In this document: positions 33,077-42,649 of the stretch, piece by piece
Layout of the letters: every line of letters starts with the position of its first letter
Numbering within the stretch: position 1 is the first letter of the stretch
Source of the DNA: Candidatus Saccharicenans subterraneus
GTDB taxonomy: Bacteria > Acidobacteriota > Aminicenantia > Aminicenantales > Saccharicenantaceae
Reading direction: 5' to 3'
NCBI GenBank assembly: GCA_003426165.1
Contig: QUAH01000009.1
Location: forward strand, 64,620 to 128,619
Length of the DNA: 64,000 nt
The notes under the pieces: generated by a model
What the model was told of the DNA's origin: nothing
The model's input: the letters and a program-made list of their open reading frames with translations, nothing else
Database searches by the model: none
Made by a program: the position numbers and the translations under genes

Positions 33077-33577
33077 ATGAAGAAGACATTTCTGGTATTG
33101 ACGGGGATTCTCCTGATAATTCAATTTGGCTGTTCACCGAAAAGTTCATCAAACTTTGAACTCTATCTCACCGACGCCCCCCTCGAGGGCCTGGAAAATT
33201 TTTATGTCACCATCAGCCAGATATACTTAAGGCTGGAGGATGGCACCTGGACTGATAATCTCCTGAGTGAACCCAAGACTTATGACCTGCTTCTGCTAAG
33301 AAACAGAGAGGAGAAGGTCTGCCAGGCCGACCTGCCGCCCGGAACCTATACCGGTATAAAGCTGGTTCTCACCAATGCCGAGATTGTGGTTAATGGACGC
33401 AGTTTCCAGATAAGTATCAATCCGCCGCTGACCATAACAGTTCCCGTTAACTTCACCGTTCTCGAGGATGGGACGGTAAAGGTGACACTGGACTTTGACG
33501 CCGCCCAGTCCGCGGTTCAGGAAGGCAGCGGTTACCGGCTGGTGCCCAGTATCGTGGTTAAGAGGATTAGCTATTGA
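33077..33577 (+). CDS. DUF4382-like lipoprotein
   Basis: GGGAGG RBS, lipobox QFGC, LYLTDAP, YDLLLL, LPPGTY, TLDFDAAQS, YRLVP. Confidence 0.8.
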   Translation: MKKTFLVLTGILLIIQFGCSPKSSSNFELYLTDAPLEGLENFYVTISQIYLRLEDGTWTDNLLSEPKTYDLLLLRNREEKVCQADLPPGTYTGIKLVLTNAEIVVNGRSFQISINPPLTITVPVNFTVLEDGTVKVTLDFDAAQSAVQEGSGYRLVPSIVVKRISY

Positions 33578-33624
33578 TTTTGAGGGAATTCAAGGAAGCG
33601 AGCAGCTCAATTCGGAAAGATTAA

Positions 33625-34938
33625 TTGCGGGCAATTTTCTGGTTTAAGAGAGACTTAAGGCTCAGGGACAATCGCGGCCTTTATGAGCTATCTTCCCTGC
33701 CAGCCGAAATAATTCCAATCTTTATCCTTGATGAACGACTGCTGTCCAGCCTGGATGGTCCGGCTTCCAGAACCGGCTTTCTGCTGGCCGCCCTGGAGCG
33801 GCTGGAGGCCGAGCTCCGGGCCAGAGGCAGCCGGCTTTATTGCTTTTATGGACAACCCGAAGAAGTTCTGGCCAGGCTCATCGCCCAGCTAAAACCCGAG
33901 GCCCTTTACACCAACCGCAGCTATTCCTGGTCGGGGGAGAAAGTTCAGAAAAAGGTGGAAGCCCTGTGCCGCAAGACGGGAGTCGAGTTCAGGGACTTCA
34001 ATGATTCCCTGCTGGTTTCACCCGAAAAGATTGAAGCCCGAAAAGTCTTCAGCCCGTTTTTCAGGCTGTGGAGCTCGGCCCTGCGCTCTGAGGACTTATC
34101 GGTAAAACCGGAGCCGTCCCCTCTTAAAACGCCGGTGCTTCGATTGCCCACGCTGGCCGAGACCGCCAGCCTGATCACCCACGAGCCCAACGGCTACTGG
34201 CGGCCAGATTATGCCGGGCGGAGACTCAGGCAGTATGATTTCCGGGGCTACGATGAAGGACGGAACAGGCTGGACCAAGATGGCACCAGCCGCCTGTCGG
34301 TGGCCATCAGGTTTGGCCTGGTGTCGATAAGAGAGGTGCTGGCCGCGGCGCGGAAGCGACTTCAAGTGGACAGCCAGTTTGTGAAGGAACTGGCCTGGCG
34401 GGAGTTCTGGTACCACATCCGTCATCACTTTCCCTGGACCGAGAAGCTGGAATTCCAGGAGAAGCGCCGGGGCTTGAAATGGCTCAACCGCGACGAAGAC
34501 ATCAGGGCGGTGGAGGAAGCCCGCACCGGTTATCCCGTAATTGATGCGGCCATCAACCAGCTCAAACAGGAAGGCTGGATGCATAACCGGGCCAGGTTGA
34601 TAGTGGCTTCGTTCCTGACCAAGGACCTGCTTATAGACTGGAGGATAGGGGAGAAGCTATTCAAGAAGTATCTCCTCGATTATGACGAGGTGGTCAATAC
34701 CGGCAACTGGCAGTGGTCGGCCTCGGTCGGAGCCGATCCGCGCCCCCTGCGGATGTTCAACCCGCAGCTTCAGTCCGAAAAATATGACCCGGAATGCCGC
34801 TACATAAAAAAATATGTTCCTGAACTCAAAAGGGTTGATTGCCGGGCCATACTGGCCCTGGACCTGCCTGACTATCATCCGCCAATTGTGGACCACCGGT
34901 CTGCGGCCATCAGGGTTAAACAGGTTTATCTAAGATGA
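33625..34938 (+). CDS. phrB: deoxyribodipyrimidine photolyase (photolyase/cryptochrome family)
   Basis: WFKRDLRLRDN, GTSRLS, ELAWREF, TGYPVIDAA, GWMHNRAR, FLTKDLLIDWR, NTGNWQW, RMFNP; TTG start. Confidence 0.93.
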   Translation: MRAIFWFKRDLRLRDNRGLYELSSLPAEIIPIFILDERLLSSLDGPASRTGFLLAALERLEAELRARGSRLYCFYGQPEEVLARLIAQLKPEALYTNRSYSWSGEKVQKKVEALCRKTGVEFRDFNDSLLVSPEKIEARKVFSPFFRLWSSALRSEDLSVKPEPSPLKTPVLRLPTLAETASLITHEPNGYWRPDYAGRRLRQYDFRGYDEGRNRLDQDGTSRLSVAIRFGLVSIREVLAAARKRLQVDSQFVKELAWREFWYHIRHHFPWTEKLEFQEKRRGLKWLNRDEDIRAVEEARTGYPVIDAAINQLKQEGWMHNRARLIVASFLTKDLLIDWRIGEKLFKKYLLDYDEVVNTGNWQWSASVGADPRPLRMFNPQLQSEKYDPECRYIKKYVPELKRVDCRAILALDLPDYHPPIVDHRSAAIRVKQVYLR

Positions 34939-35190
34939 GGCCCTGGCTTAGAAACAGAGGGGGGTTATTCTCCAGGGTTTATTAAATAAGATTATTGGCA
35001 ACAAAGCCCCACCAATTCTCGACACCCGAGGAAAATTGCCCGGTTAAAGTAGTCAACCTTGAGTTAAGCTAATTAACCGGCGATGCGGGCGGCCGGGAAA
35101 AAATCAAAGTCTTTTAATCCCGAGCCTCTCCTTCTTTTAAGAATTCTAAAGGCAATGGCTCTTCTGTGCTTTCCTCTTTTTTTATCCCAT

Positions 35191-38100
35191 CTACAGATCT
35201 AGCAGCTTGATGGTCTCGGCATAGACCAGCCTTTTGTACTTCTTGTGGGTTACCGCAGCCACGGTCCGGGCCGCCTTGTCCACCTCGTCCGTGTCAAACA
35301 ACTCGTATTCCCTGACGGCGATCCTGTAATCCTGTATCTTCAGACCGGAAGGAAGCTTGAGCGTTCCCTGCCAGATAAAAGAACCTACCTCGCTCGCCCC
35401 GGCCCTTTGCGGTTTAAGGATGACTGCCGCATCTTTGACCGGCTCCCAGCCCAGCTCGTCAGGCAGGTTGGGTTTCTTGTTTTCCAGGACTGCTTCCACC
35501 TCTCCCGGCCCGCTTCCGGCATAACCCTGGATGTAAGAAACCCCGGAGAGAGTTATGTTGATATCGCTCAGCTTGGAAGGATTGAAGGAGACTGAGAGAT
35601 TCCTTTCCGGAAGTATCTGGGCGAAATTGGCTACCACCACCTGGGAAAGATGGGCTCCCGGCACTGAATTGGGCTGGAACCTGGCCAGGGCCAGCCTGAT
35701 GAACGGGAAGTAAGCCTGGCCGGAGTCGAGCTCCAGGTCGCAGAACCACAGCTGCCTTTCTTCATCGTACTCAACCTGGTGACCGACGGCGATGAATTTC
35801 TTCTCGTCCGGCATTTCCAGCAGGGGCAATTCTCCCATAACCTCCACGGCTGATGGGAAAGCATCGGGTAGCGGATATTCGGGCGGAGCTACCGGTCCCG
35901 ACCGCCAGATGGGGTCGGCTCCCCACATGGTAACGTAAGGCTTGTATTTTTCCGCCACCGGTGGGACGCTGACCTGAAGACCAGCGGCCACAGTTTTTCT
36001 CTGGAGCTGGGGTTGGATCTTCTGAGAAGCCAGGGTAGGTCCGGTAGAGCTTGCAGGAGCGGCCATTGGTTTCTTCGGAGTAATGGTGAGGCCCGGGGGC
36101 AGGATTACTGCCAGCAGCTCGCCTTCGCCCGTTGAATACCACGGTCTTTCTAGGTAGATGCGGAGGCCGCTTCGCCTGACACTGGTAATTTGTGAGCCTT
36201 TTTTGCTCCTTTCCCATTTAAAAGAAGGCACCACATAGACAACCTTGGGCATGGCCGGGGGTGCGGTGTTCAGCACCTTGACTTCTACCGGCTCGCTCGT
36301 CCTGGTATATCCGGTCTCTTCGGGCAGCTCGTTTGAGGGGAATTGCTCCATGTACCTGGTGGTGGTGACCAGCCGGTAATTTACCCTTCTGAACTTGGTA
36401 TCGCCGAATTCATGGCGGTAAACTGGAGTTTGCGGGGCTTTGACCATGGCCACGGTGGCCGCCCTGGTTTGAAGTTGAGCCGCTCCAGGTTGAGTTACTT
36501 CCTTTCCAGCCTCTGGCCTTGGAGTCAGAGTCAGCGAGGTCATGACCGGTTCTATTTTGAATTCCAGCACGTGAGCCTTACCATCCAGAACTCGTGGCCC
36601 GGGCTCATTAAGGTAATCCACCGGTTCTTTCCAGTCGGCCAGGAGCTCGGCCTTGGAAGTGCTCTGGCCGTGCAGCGCAAACTCTCCAAAGAGAATTGCC
36701 GAGGTCTGGCCCAGGCTTCTCTGGGCTTCGAGTGACTTGTTGACGGGTTTGCCCACCGGTTGCAGCGTGGCGTGCATCAGGGTAATTTCCCGGAACGGGG
36801 TCATCAACCAGTTGCGTCCCTGGAGCGAGAGGGTCCTGACTTTAGTCAGGTCAATCCGCGGTGGCTGCAGGGTTTTCAGGACCTGGACCTGGCCTTCGGG
36901 CAGACCTCTTGGCGGTTGCATTACCTTTTGGGGAATTATCCTGTCTGGCTTTTCCAGCCAGCGGTAGAGTCCCTGGATGGGCAGGAATCTTTCCGGAAAA
37001 TAACAGCTCAGTCGCAGGGTTACCGATTCGCCTTTTTTCAAATAAACAGTCAGAAGGCGGGCCGAGTTATCCCAGCGGGCCGGCTGGCTGCCTTCCTGGA
37101 GCCTGATCCTGAACGGTCGGAAATCCGGCCAGTCGCCTGAAAATTCAATCAGCATCGGGTCGGGTGCTCCGTAGGGCAATCCACGAATACAGGCCCCCCG
37201 GGCCCAGGGATCCGGAAAGTAGGGTAGCTCAACCTGCTCGCCGGGCTCCAGTTCCTTGAATTGTCCGCCGTCTCTCTGGCAGATCAGGGAATAGACTTCA
37301 GGCTTCAAGCCGGCTGGGCCATCGAACATCCCGTGAAACTCTGAATCCAGCTGGGAGATTTTTGGCGGGGCCACATGGCGGTCAGAAACCTGGTCGGTGG
37401 GAACGGTATCCTTCTCGATGGATTCGTTGAAGCTCTTGATGACCAGGTGGTCAACATTCTCCCCGCTTTTCGGCACTTCCCTGGGAATTATTTGCGGGGA
37501 GGGCACCGGGTCGAACCGGGAGAAGATGAAGGGTTGCCTGGAAGGCGACGGAATGGCGCAGCTGTCGTCCGGATTTTCCAGGGGCTGGCTGTTTCCGGCC
37601 AGGTCCACGGCCCGGGCTCTCAGCCGGTAGCCGACTCCATACCGCAGTCGCGGCAGCGACCCTGGTTTTGGCCTGAATCTCGTTTCCAGCAGGAAATCTG
37701 TCATGGCCTTGTTTTCGATGGCTTGAGGGGTGTCGTTAGGGTCAATCGTTTTTCCGGGGCGGGGAGCCACCAGGCTCCAGCCGTCCCAGTGGAAAAGGGA
37801 TTCATGGGCGAAGATGTCGTCGGATGATTCATCGGCCGATTGAGTTACTGCCGGAGAAATAAAACCCTCGTCTTCCAGGGTTAACTCGCGGCCTGTCCTG
37901 AGGAACCTGTAGGTCCCGATACGCTGGCAGAGGGACCGCCATTTCCCCGACTTCTCGTCCCAGACGTCAACCCGGTAGCCCTGGATCAAATCCTCGGCAT
38001 ACAGGGTTATTTCTTTTCGGCGTACCAGGTCATTATTAAGTTCCACGGCTCGAACCAGGACTTCGGCAATGTTCTTGGCCTGCTCATTTCTCACCACACC

Positions 38101-39183
38101 CAGGCCGCTCGAGCGCAGGGCCGGGAGCTCGGCTTTTTCCTTGGTCTCGGCTGTATCGGCCAGCTCGGCTGTTTTCAGGGCTACGGCATCGACGTCCAGT
38201 TGGACCAGGTCATACTGCTCTTCGTCGGCCAGGTTCAGGAACCCTCTGACCACCTCCGGCGTTCTCTTGCTGGAAGCGGCCTCGAAAATGGCCCGGGCCG
38301 GGTCAAAGTTGTAGGCGGTGCGGGGCGTTTCATCGGTGCGGCCCTGGGGCACGATTTTAATCCAGCCGCTGGCCGGGAAGTCGGGTGGAATATCCATCTC
38401 GAAATCGAGGGCCAGTCCCAGCAGTCTCATCAGGGCCGGGTAGTTGGTGATGAAGGCCAGTGCCTGGTGGAAGTCTATCTCCGGCTTGGTGATCGGCACC
38501 TTCTTAACAATCGGTTGTTTGGTCTTGGGGTCAATGGTTATCCTGTTCTTGGGCTTGTAGAAATCGCGCAACAAAAAGAAATCCTTTGGTGGCTGGGGCA
38601 GGGGAGTAACCTGGACGGCTCTGTATTTCTGGCTTTCGGCCTCGCGTCTGACCGACTGGGCCATTACCTGCTGGGTGGTCCTTAGCTGGACGGTCCGGGA
38701 CAGGCGGGCGTCGGTTATGGGCTTAAGGCGGATCTGGGCCAGTCCATCGGTGTGGAAAACCTTTTCCATCGGCGGCGGTTCTTCGGGCGAATCTGCAGCC
38801 ACGTTTAGATAGGTGGAGGCGACAAAGGTCATTACGTTCTTTACCGGGTAGGAGACCACCAGGTTCTTGCTGAGGTCGGCCATCTTGAAGTTGAAGACCG
38901 GGGCTTCTGGCTTGAAGATGGCCTGCCAGAGTTCCGGGTCAGGCTCAGGAGAGATTCTCTTGATCTCAACGGGCGCCGGTGTCTTTCTTTTATCGTAGGT
39001 TACTCCGAAATTTATGGCCCTGACAGTTTCCGGCCAGTTGAGGATTTCCGGGAACAGGTTCAGGCTGGGAGTTTTACCACCGGAACCATCTTCCAGGCGT
39101 ATGGAGACTGCGGCCGAAAATCGAAGCTTACCGTCCTTGATTCCGTTGGGACACAGGGTCCACATCACGGTTGATTTAGCCAT
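35191..39183 (-). CDS. large hypothetical protein (1330 aa), no signal peptide
   Basis: Uninterrupted ORF with host-like codon usage; AAGGAAGG RBS in the 14-nt gap after the upstream gene; Pro/Trp-rich, Ig/Fn3-like stretches (YRLRARAVDLAGNS). Confidence 0.9.
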   Translation of the reverse strand: MAKSTVMWTLCPNGIKDGKLRFSAAVSIRLEDGSGGKTPSLNLFPEILNWPETVRAINFGVTYDKRKTPAPVEIKRISPEPDPELWQAIFKPEAPVFNFKMADLSKNLVVSYPVKNVMTFVASTYLNVAADSPEEPPPMEKVFHTDGLAQIRLKPITDARLSRTVQLRTTQQVMAQSVRREAESQKYRAVQVTPLPQPPKDFFLLRDFYKPKNRITIDPKTKQPIVKKVPITKPEIDFHQALAFITNYPALMRLLGLALDFEMDIPPDFPASGWIKIVPQGRTDETPRTAYNFDPARAIFEAASSKRTPEVVRGFLNLADEEQYDLVQLDVDAVALKTAELADTAETKEKAELPALRSSGLGVVRNEQAKNIAEVLVRAVELNNDLVRRKEITLYAEDLIQGYRVDVWDEKSGKWRSLCQRIGTYRFLRTGRELTLEDEGFISPAVTQSADESSDDIFAHESLFHWDGWSLVAPRPGKTIDPNDTPQAIENKAMTDFLLETRFRPKPGSLPRLRYGVGYRLRARAVDLAGNSQPLENPDDSCAIPSPSRQPFIFSRFDPVPSPQIIPREVPKSGENVDHLVIKSFNESIEKDTVPTDQVSDRHVAPPKISQLDSEFHGMFDGPAGLKPEVYSLICQRDGGQFKELEPGEQVELPYFPDPWARGACIRGLPYGAPDPMLIEFSGDWPDFRPFRIRLQEGSQPARWDNSARLLTVYLKKGESVTLRLSCYFPERFLPIQGLYRWLEKPDRIIPQKVMQPPRGLPEGQVQVLKTLQPPRIDLTKVRTLSLQGRNWLMTPFREITLMHATLQPVGKPVNKSLEAQRSLGQTSAILFGEFALHGQSTSKAELLADWKEPVDYLNEPGPRVLDGKAHVLEFKIEPVMTSLTLTPRPEAGKEVTQPGAAQLQTRAATVAMVKAPQTPVYRHEFGDTKFRRVNYRLVTTTRYMEQFPSNELPEETGYTRTSEPVEVKVLNTAPPAMPKVVYVVPSFKWERSKKGSQITSVRRSGLRIYLERPWYSTGEGELLAVILPPGLTITPKKPMAAPASSTGPTLASQKIQPQLQRKTVAAGLQVSVPPVAEKYKPYVTMWGADPIWRSGPVAPPEYPLPDAFPSAVEVMGELPLLEMPDEKKFIAVGHQVEYDEERQLWFCDLELDSGQAYFPFIRLALARFQPNSVPGAHLSQVVVANFAQILPERNLSVSFNPSKLSDINITLSGVSYIQGYAGSGPGEVEAVLENKKPNLPDELGWEPVKDAAVILKPQRAGASEVGSFIWQGTLKLPSGLKIQDYRIAVREYELFDTDEVDKAARTVAAVTHKKYKRLVYAETIKLLDL

Positions 39184-39197
39184 GGTGGTCCTTCCTT

Positions 39198-42100
39198 TCA
39201 GGCAAAGGCTTCACAGTAAGCCAGCCAGTCTTTTTCTTCCATCAGGTCGCAGAACAGCGGGGCCGGCGAATGCCCGAATTCTCGCTCAACCTTGAGCGTT
39301 ACCTTGATGCTGAAGAAGACGATTTTGATCTTGACAGTCAGCGAGGCCTGGCCCCAGACCCGGTTGCTGGCTTCTTCGTAGGTCAGGGCCAGGTAGAATT
39401 CGGCCGAGATGCTGATGAGGCCCAGGACGTCCAGCTCGCCGGTGCAGCGGACGTAACCGGTCAGGGTCAGGGCATCATCTTCATACTTGAAGTAGATGCC
39501 GGCCATCAGGGTTACCCCGCCGCTGGCCACCCCGATGTTCATGGCGAAGCTGCCGCCAAACTCCAGGGCGCCTTCGATCAGCTTTATGCCGTGGGGCTGG
39601 AGAACGATGGCAAAGAAACCGCCGCCGCCGAACATGGCCACGGTGACCAGGAATGGATTGTTTTTCTCGTTAAAGGCAAAACGCAGGGCCACCGGGTCGC
39701 CGGTAAAGGGCAGGTGGATTTCGCCGGTGAATTTCAAGTTCTGCAGGGTAAAGACTCCGAAGGCCACGTCGGGTATGGACAGGGCATAGCCCAGCCTGGC
39801 CCCCGACGCATCCACCTTGACTATGGGTTTCCCGCCGAAGCCGCCGTCGGCATCGCTGAAACCGCCGGGTAGCGGAATCTTATCCAGCAGTTCCTTGATG
39901 AATTTGAGCGGGCCCTGGAAATCGATGGAGGCGATTTTCGGGTCGACGTCGGTTTTCTTGCCCTTTTCGGCGGTGAAGGTGAACTTTGAGAACTTGACCA
40001 GGATGAAGGTGGTTATGCCTTTAATCAGGTCCAGGGTGAAGTCGGTCAGTTCCCCTTTGACCTTGTAGGTGGATTCCTTCCCGTTGAAATAATTTATCGC
40101 CTCCACGTTCAGGGTTAGCGTGGACTTGGTGCCGTCGCGGTTGGCGATGAAGATCAGGACGTCATGCACGGAAGGTGTCCACTTGAGCATCGTCTTGATG
40201 CCGGCCGGGGTCTTGCCGTCGCTTTCATAGACCTGCTCGTTCTTGATGGTCAGGGCCTTACCGGTGTTGGCCGGGCTGGTGAAATCGTTGATCTGGTCGA
40301 TGACGTCCTGGAGCAGGATTCCACCCAGGATTTTGGCCTGGTCGCTGAAGAACTTTTTCGGGTCGAACTTGCCGGCGACAATATCATTAAGGGCACCGGC
40401 AGCCTGGGCCACAGGATCCGGAACGGACTCAGCCAGTCCCGCTCCAACCGGTCCCAGTATCCTGGACAGGCCGACTATCGAGAAGCTCGGAGTGGCAATA
40501 CCACCTGATTTTTCGGCTTTCCCGCCGGCCGCGAAATCCAGGCGGGGCGGATTGAGAACCTGGAAGATAAGCTCGCCCTTGTTGCCTGATGGGCTCAGAC
40601 CGTTCTTGATGTAAGCCTCGGCATATTTCACCCGGGTGCTGTCAAAGCCAACCAGGTTTTTGAGGGCCGGGATGGCGATATCCGCTTCTTCCAGCGCGGG
40701 AAAACACATCGGCTGGTCCTGCATCTCAAAGGCCGCAGGCGAAGAATTTGGTCTGGCTTCAACCACCTGCCAGGTCAGCGAGTCTGTTTCGAAAGTCGTG
40801 TCACCTTTTTTCTTTTCCGGAGCGAATGAAATGCTCTGCCCCATCAGGTCCGGTTTTCTCCTGTCAACAGGGGTGTTGGACTTGGAATTGTAAGCGCCGA
40901 TCACCTGGTTGAGCTTGGACTGGTTGAAGGCGTAGAAGTTTTCCACAAAGACCATGGGCATACGGAACTCGACTTCGTGGCCTTCCTGGTCGGTGGCAAT
41001 CACGTGGAATCTGAAATCCTGCCCTCCGACTTTCGGCCAGAAGGCCTGCTGGCCGGAGTCCGGCAGAACCTGGGTGTTTTCGGGAGGGTCGAGCGGCGGA
41101 GTTTTCCTGGTGGTAATTCTGACCAGCCTGAAAGGCACTTCCCGGCCGTCGTATTGCTGGAACGGGGCAGGGAAGGAGCGGTCCGGGTCGCGGATGACGA
41201 TGTATTTTTTCTGGAAGAGGTAGGCGATGTTCTGCCCGTCTTTTCCCTTATAAAATTTTCTTTCGGTCTCTTTGACCAGGGCTGCCCGGTGCCCGAACGG
41301 GAGCAGATAACCCTTGTAAACGACCTTGACAAAGTGGTCGCGGCCCATGGTGGCCAGGTGCTGCCAGGTTACCACCGAGAGTGGCGACATCGGCGACCAG
41401 TTGCCGATGGAATCCAGCCAGGCGCCCAGCGGGCTGAGCATCAGACGGTTAACTTTCACCGGCCTGGGTTCGTAGGCGGATTTATCAGGATTCCTGAGGG
41501 TAAAATTGCTGCTCAGGTGGACGATCTGGTGCCGGTCGTTGGGGTCGAGCGAAAGACGTGGCCGGGCCTTGTGTTCCGGGTCAGGGCCAACCAGGTTATC
41601 GAGGTCCACGTCTGGGGACCACACGGCCCGGACTGCCAGGTAGGGGCTGTCTGATTCGCTTACCGTGCCGTCGGGGTTAAGGGCGGCCAGGCGGGTATGC
41701 CAGAGCTCCGTCCAGCCGGCGGTAGACGTGGCCCCGGCCGTGTGCAGCCAGACATTGTAGGCATTGGGAGAGAGAATCAGCCGGTAGGGCATTTCAATGG
41801 CCGTCTGGAATTTTTCCGGCTGGGCAGGCTTTAGCGTAGCCCTGAGAGTGGCGCTGACCTGGGCCTGGGACAGTTTGCTCTGCTTCAGGTAAAGGGTCTG
41901 GGTTGAAGGGCCGGTCTGGGTCAGCAGGGAGCGGGTTGAAGCAGCCGGGGTTCCGGTTTTAGGCTGAACCGTTTTCGGGGCAGTCTGTCCCGGAACATAG
42001 GGAGGGAGGGCCACCGGAACCAGGCTCGGCTGGTAAAGGTGCCAGGCCAGGAGTGATTCCAGGGTCAGCGGGATTTCTTTGATCTCGTCCGGGATCAAGA

Positions 42101-42536
42101 AGGCCAGCCGGCTCGGCCCTGAAATCCTGGAAAAAACCGGCGGCGGTTTTGGGGTCTCTGATTCGGCCGGGGTGCTGGCCTCGTAAAAAGCTTCTTCGGC
42201 GATGCTCTGTGGGGGGAAGTGGACGATGAGATAGGCCGGCTGCGAGGCGTTCTCTCTGACCAGGTGCGGCCGGGGCAGGTTCACCAGTTTGAGGTTAAGG
42301 AACTCAAAATCCAGGTAGAGCAGGTCGTCCGGTCTGAAGGCTTTAATCAATAGTCCGGTCTGGGGCAAAGCTATCTGTCTCTGCGGGATTACCTTTTTCT
42401 GAATCTGCTGTAGCTGGCCGATTACCGGTGTGGCCCCGAGGATGCCGGCGTAGGAGAGGAATTTTCTCCGGGAGATTCGTCCGGGTTTCGTATCCATTTG
42501 CCCTTCTTTCTTTTTCCTTGACTCAGGGTCGGTCAT
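39198..42536 (-). CDS. large hypothetical protein (1112 aa) with twin-arginine motif and beta-rich C-terminus
   Basis: AAGGAAAGGAG RBS; SRRKFL at aa 22-27; C-terminal Gly-rich amphipathic strands; ends WLAYCEAFA. Confidence 0.9.
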   Translation of the reverse strand: MTDPESRKKKEGQMDTKPGRISRRKFLSYAGILGATPVIGQLQQIQKKVIPQRQIALPQTGLLIKAFRPDDLLYLDFEFLNLKLVNLPRPHLVRENASQPAYLIVHFPPQSIAEEAFYEASTPAESETPKPPPVFSRISGPSRLAFLIPDEIKEIPLTLESLLAWHLYQPSLVPVALPPYVPGQTAPKTVQPKTGTPAASTRSLLTQTGPSTQTLYLKQSKLSQAQVSATLRATLKPAQPEKFQTAIEMPYRLILSPNAYNVWLHTAGATSTAGWTELWHTRLAALNPDGTVSESDSPYLAVRAVWSPDVDLDNLVGPDPEHKARPRLSLDPNDRHQIVHLSSNFTLRNPDKSAYEPRPVKVNRLMLSPLGAWLDSIGNWSPMSPLSVVTWQHLATMGRDHFVKVVYKGYLLPFGHRAALVKETERKFYKGKDGQNIAYLFQKKYIVIRDPDRSFPAPFQQYDGREVPFRLVRITTRKTPPLDPPENTQVLPDSGQQAFWPKVGGQDFRFHVIATDQEGHEVEFRMPMVFVENFYAFNQSKLNQVIGAYNSKSNTPVDRRKPDLMGQSISFAPEKKKGDTTFETDSLTWQVVEARPNSSPAAFEMQDQPMCFPALEEADIAIPALKNLVGFDSTRVKYAEAYIKNGLSPSGNKGELIFQVLNPPRLDFAAGGKAEKSGGIATPSFSIVGLSRILGPVGAGLAESVPDPVAQAAGALNDIVAGKFDPKKFFSDQAKILGGILLQDVIDQINDFTSPANTGKALTIKNEQVYESDGKTPAGIKTMLKWTPSVHDVLIFIANRDGTKSTLTLNVEAINYFNGKESTYKVKGELTDFTLDLIKGITTFILVKFSKFTFTAEKGKKTDVDPKIASIDFQGPLKFIKELLDKIPLPGGFSDADGGFGGKPIVKVDASGARLGYALSIPDVAFGVFTLQNLKFTGEIHLPFTGDPVALRFAFNEKNNPFLVTVAMFGGGGFFAIVLQPHGIKLIEGALEFGGSFAMNIGVASGGVTLMAGIYFKYEDDALTLTGYVRCTGELDVLGLISISAEFYLALTYEEASNRVWGQASLTVKIKIVFFSIKVTLKVEREFGHSPAPLFCDLMEEKDWLAYCEAFA

Positions 42537-42557
42537 TGGCAGCTCCTTTCCTTATAG

Positions 42558-42649
42558 AAAGGTTATTTCTGCGGTCTGCGGGAGCGCCCTAATGATTAGC
42601 GAGGCAGGAATCCAGACGACCTTCTTTTCACCCTCATGAAATAACCTTT
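42558..42649 (-). promoter_or_regulatory. structured 5' leader closed by a perfect 12-bp inverted repeat
   Basis: AAAGGTTATTTC (42558-42569) and GAAATAACCTTT (42638-42649) with nested GTCTG/CAGAC and CTAA/TTAG; lies between a TTGACT-N16-TATAAA promoter-like site and the RBS. Confidence 0.5.
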
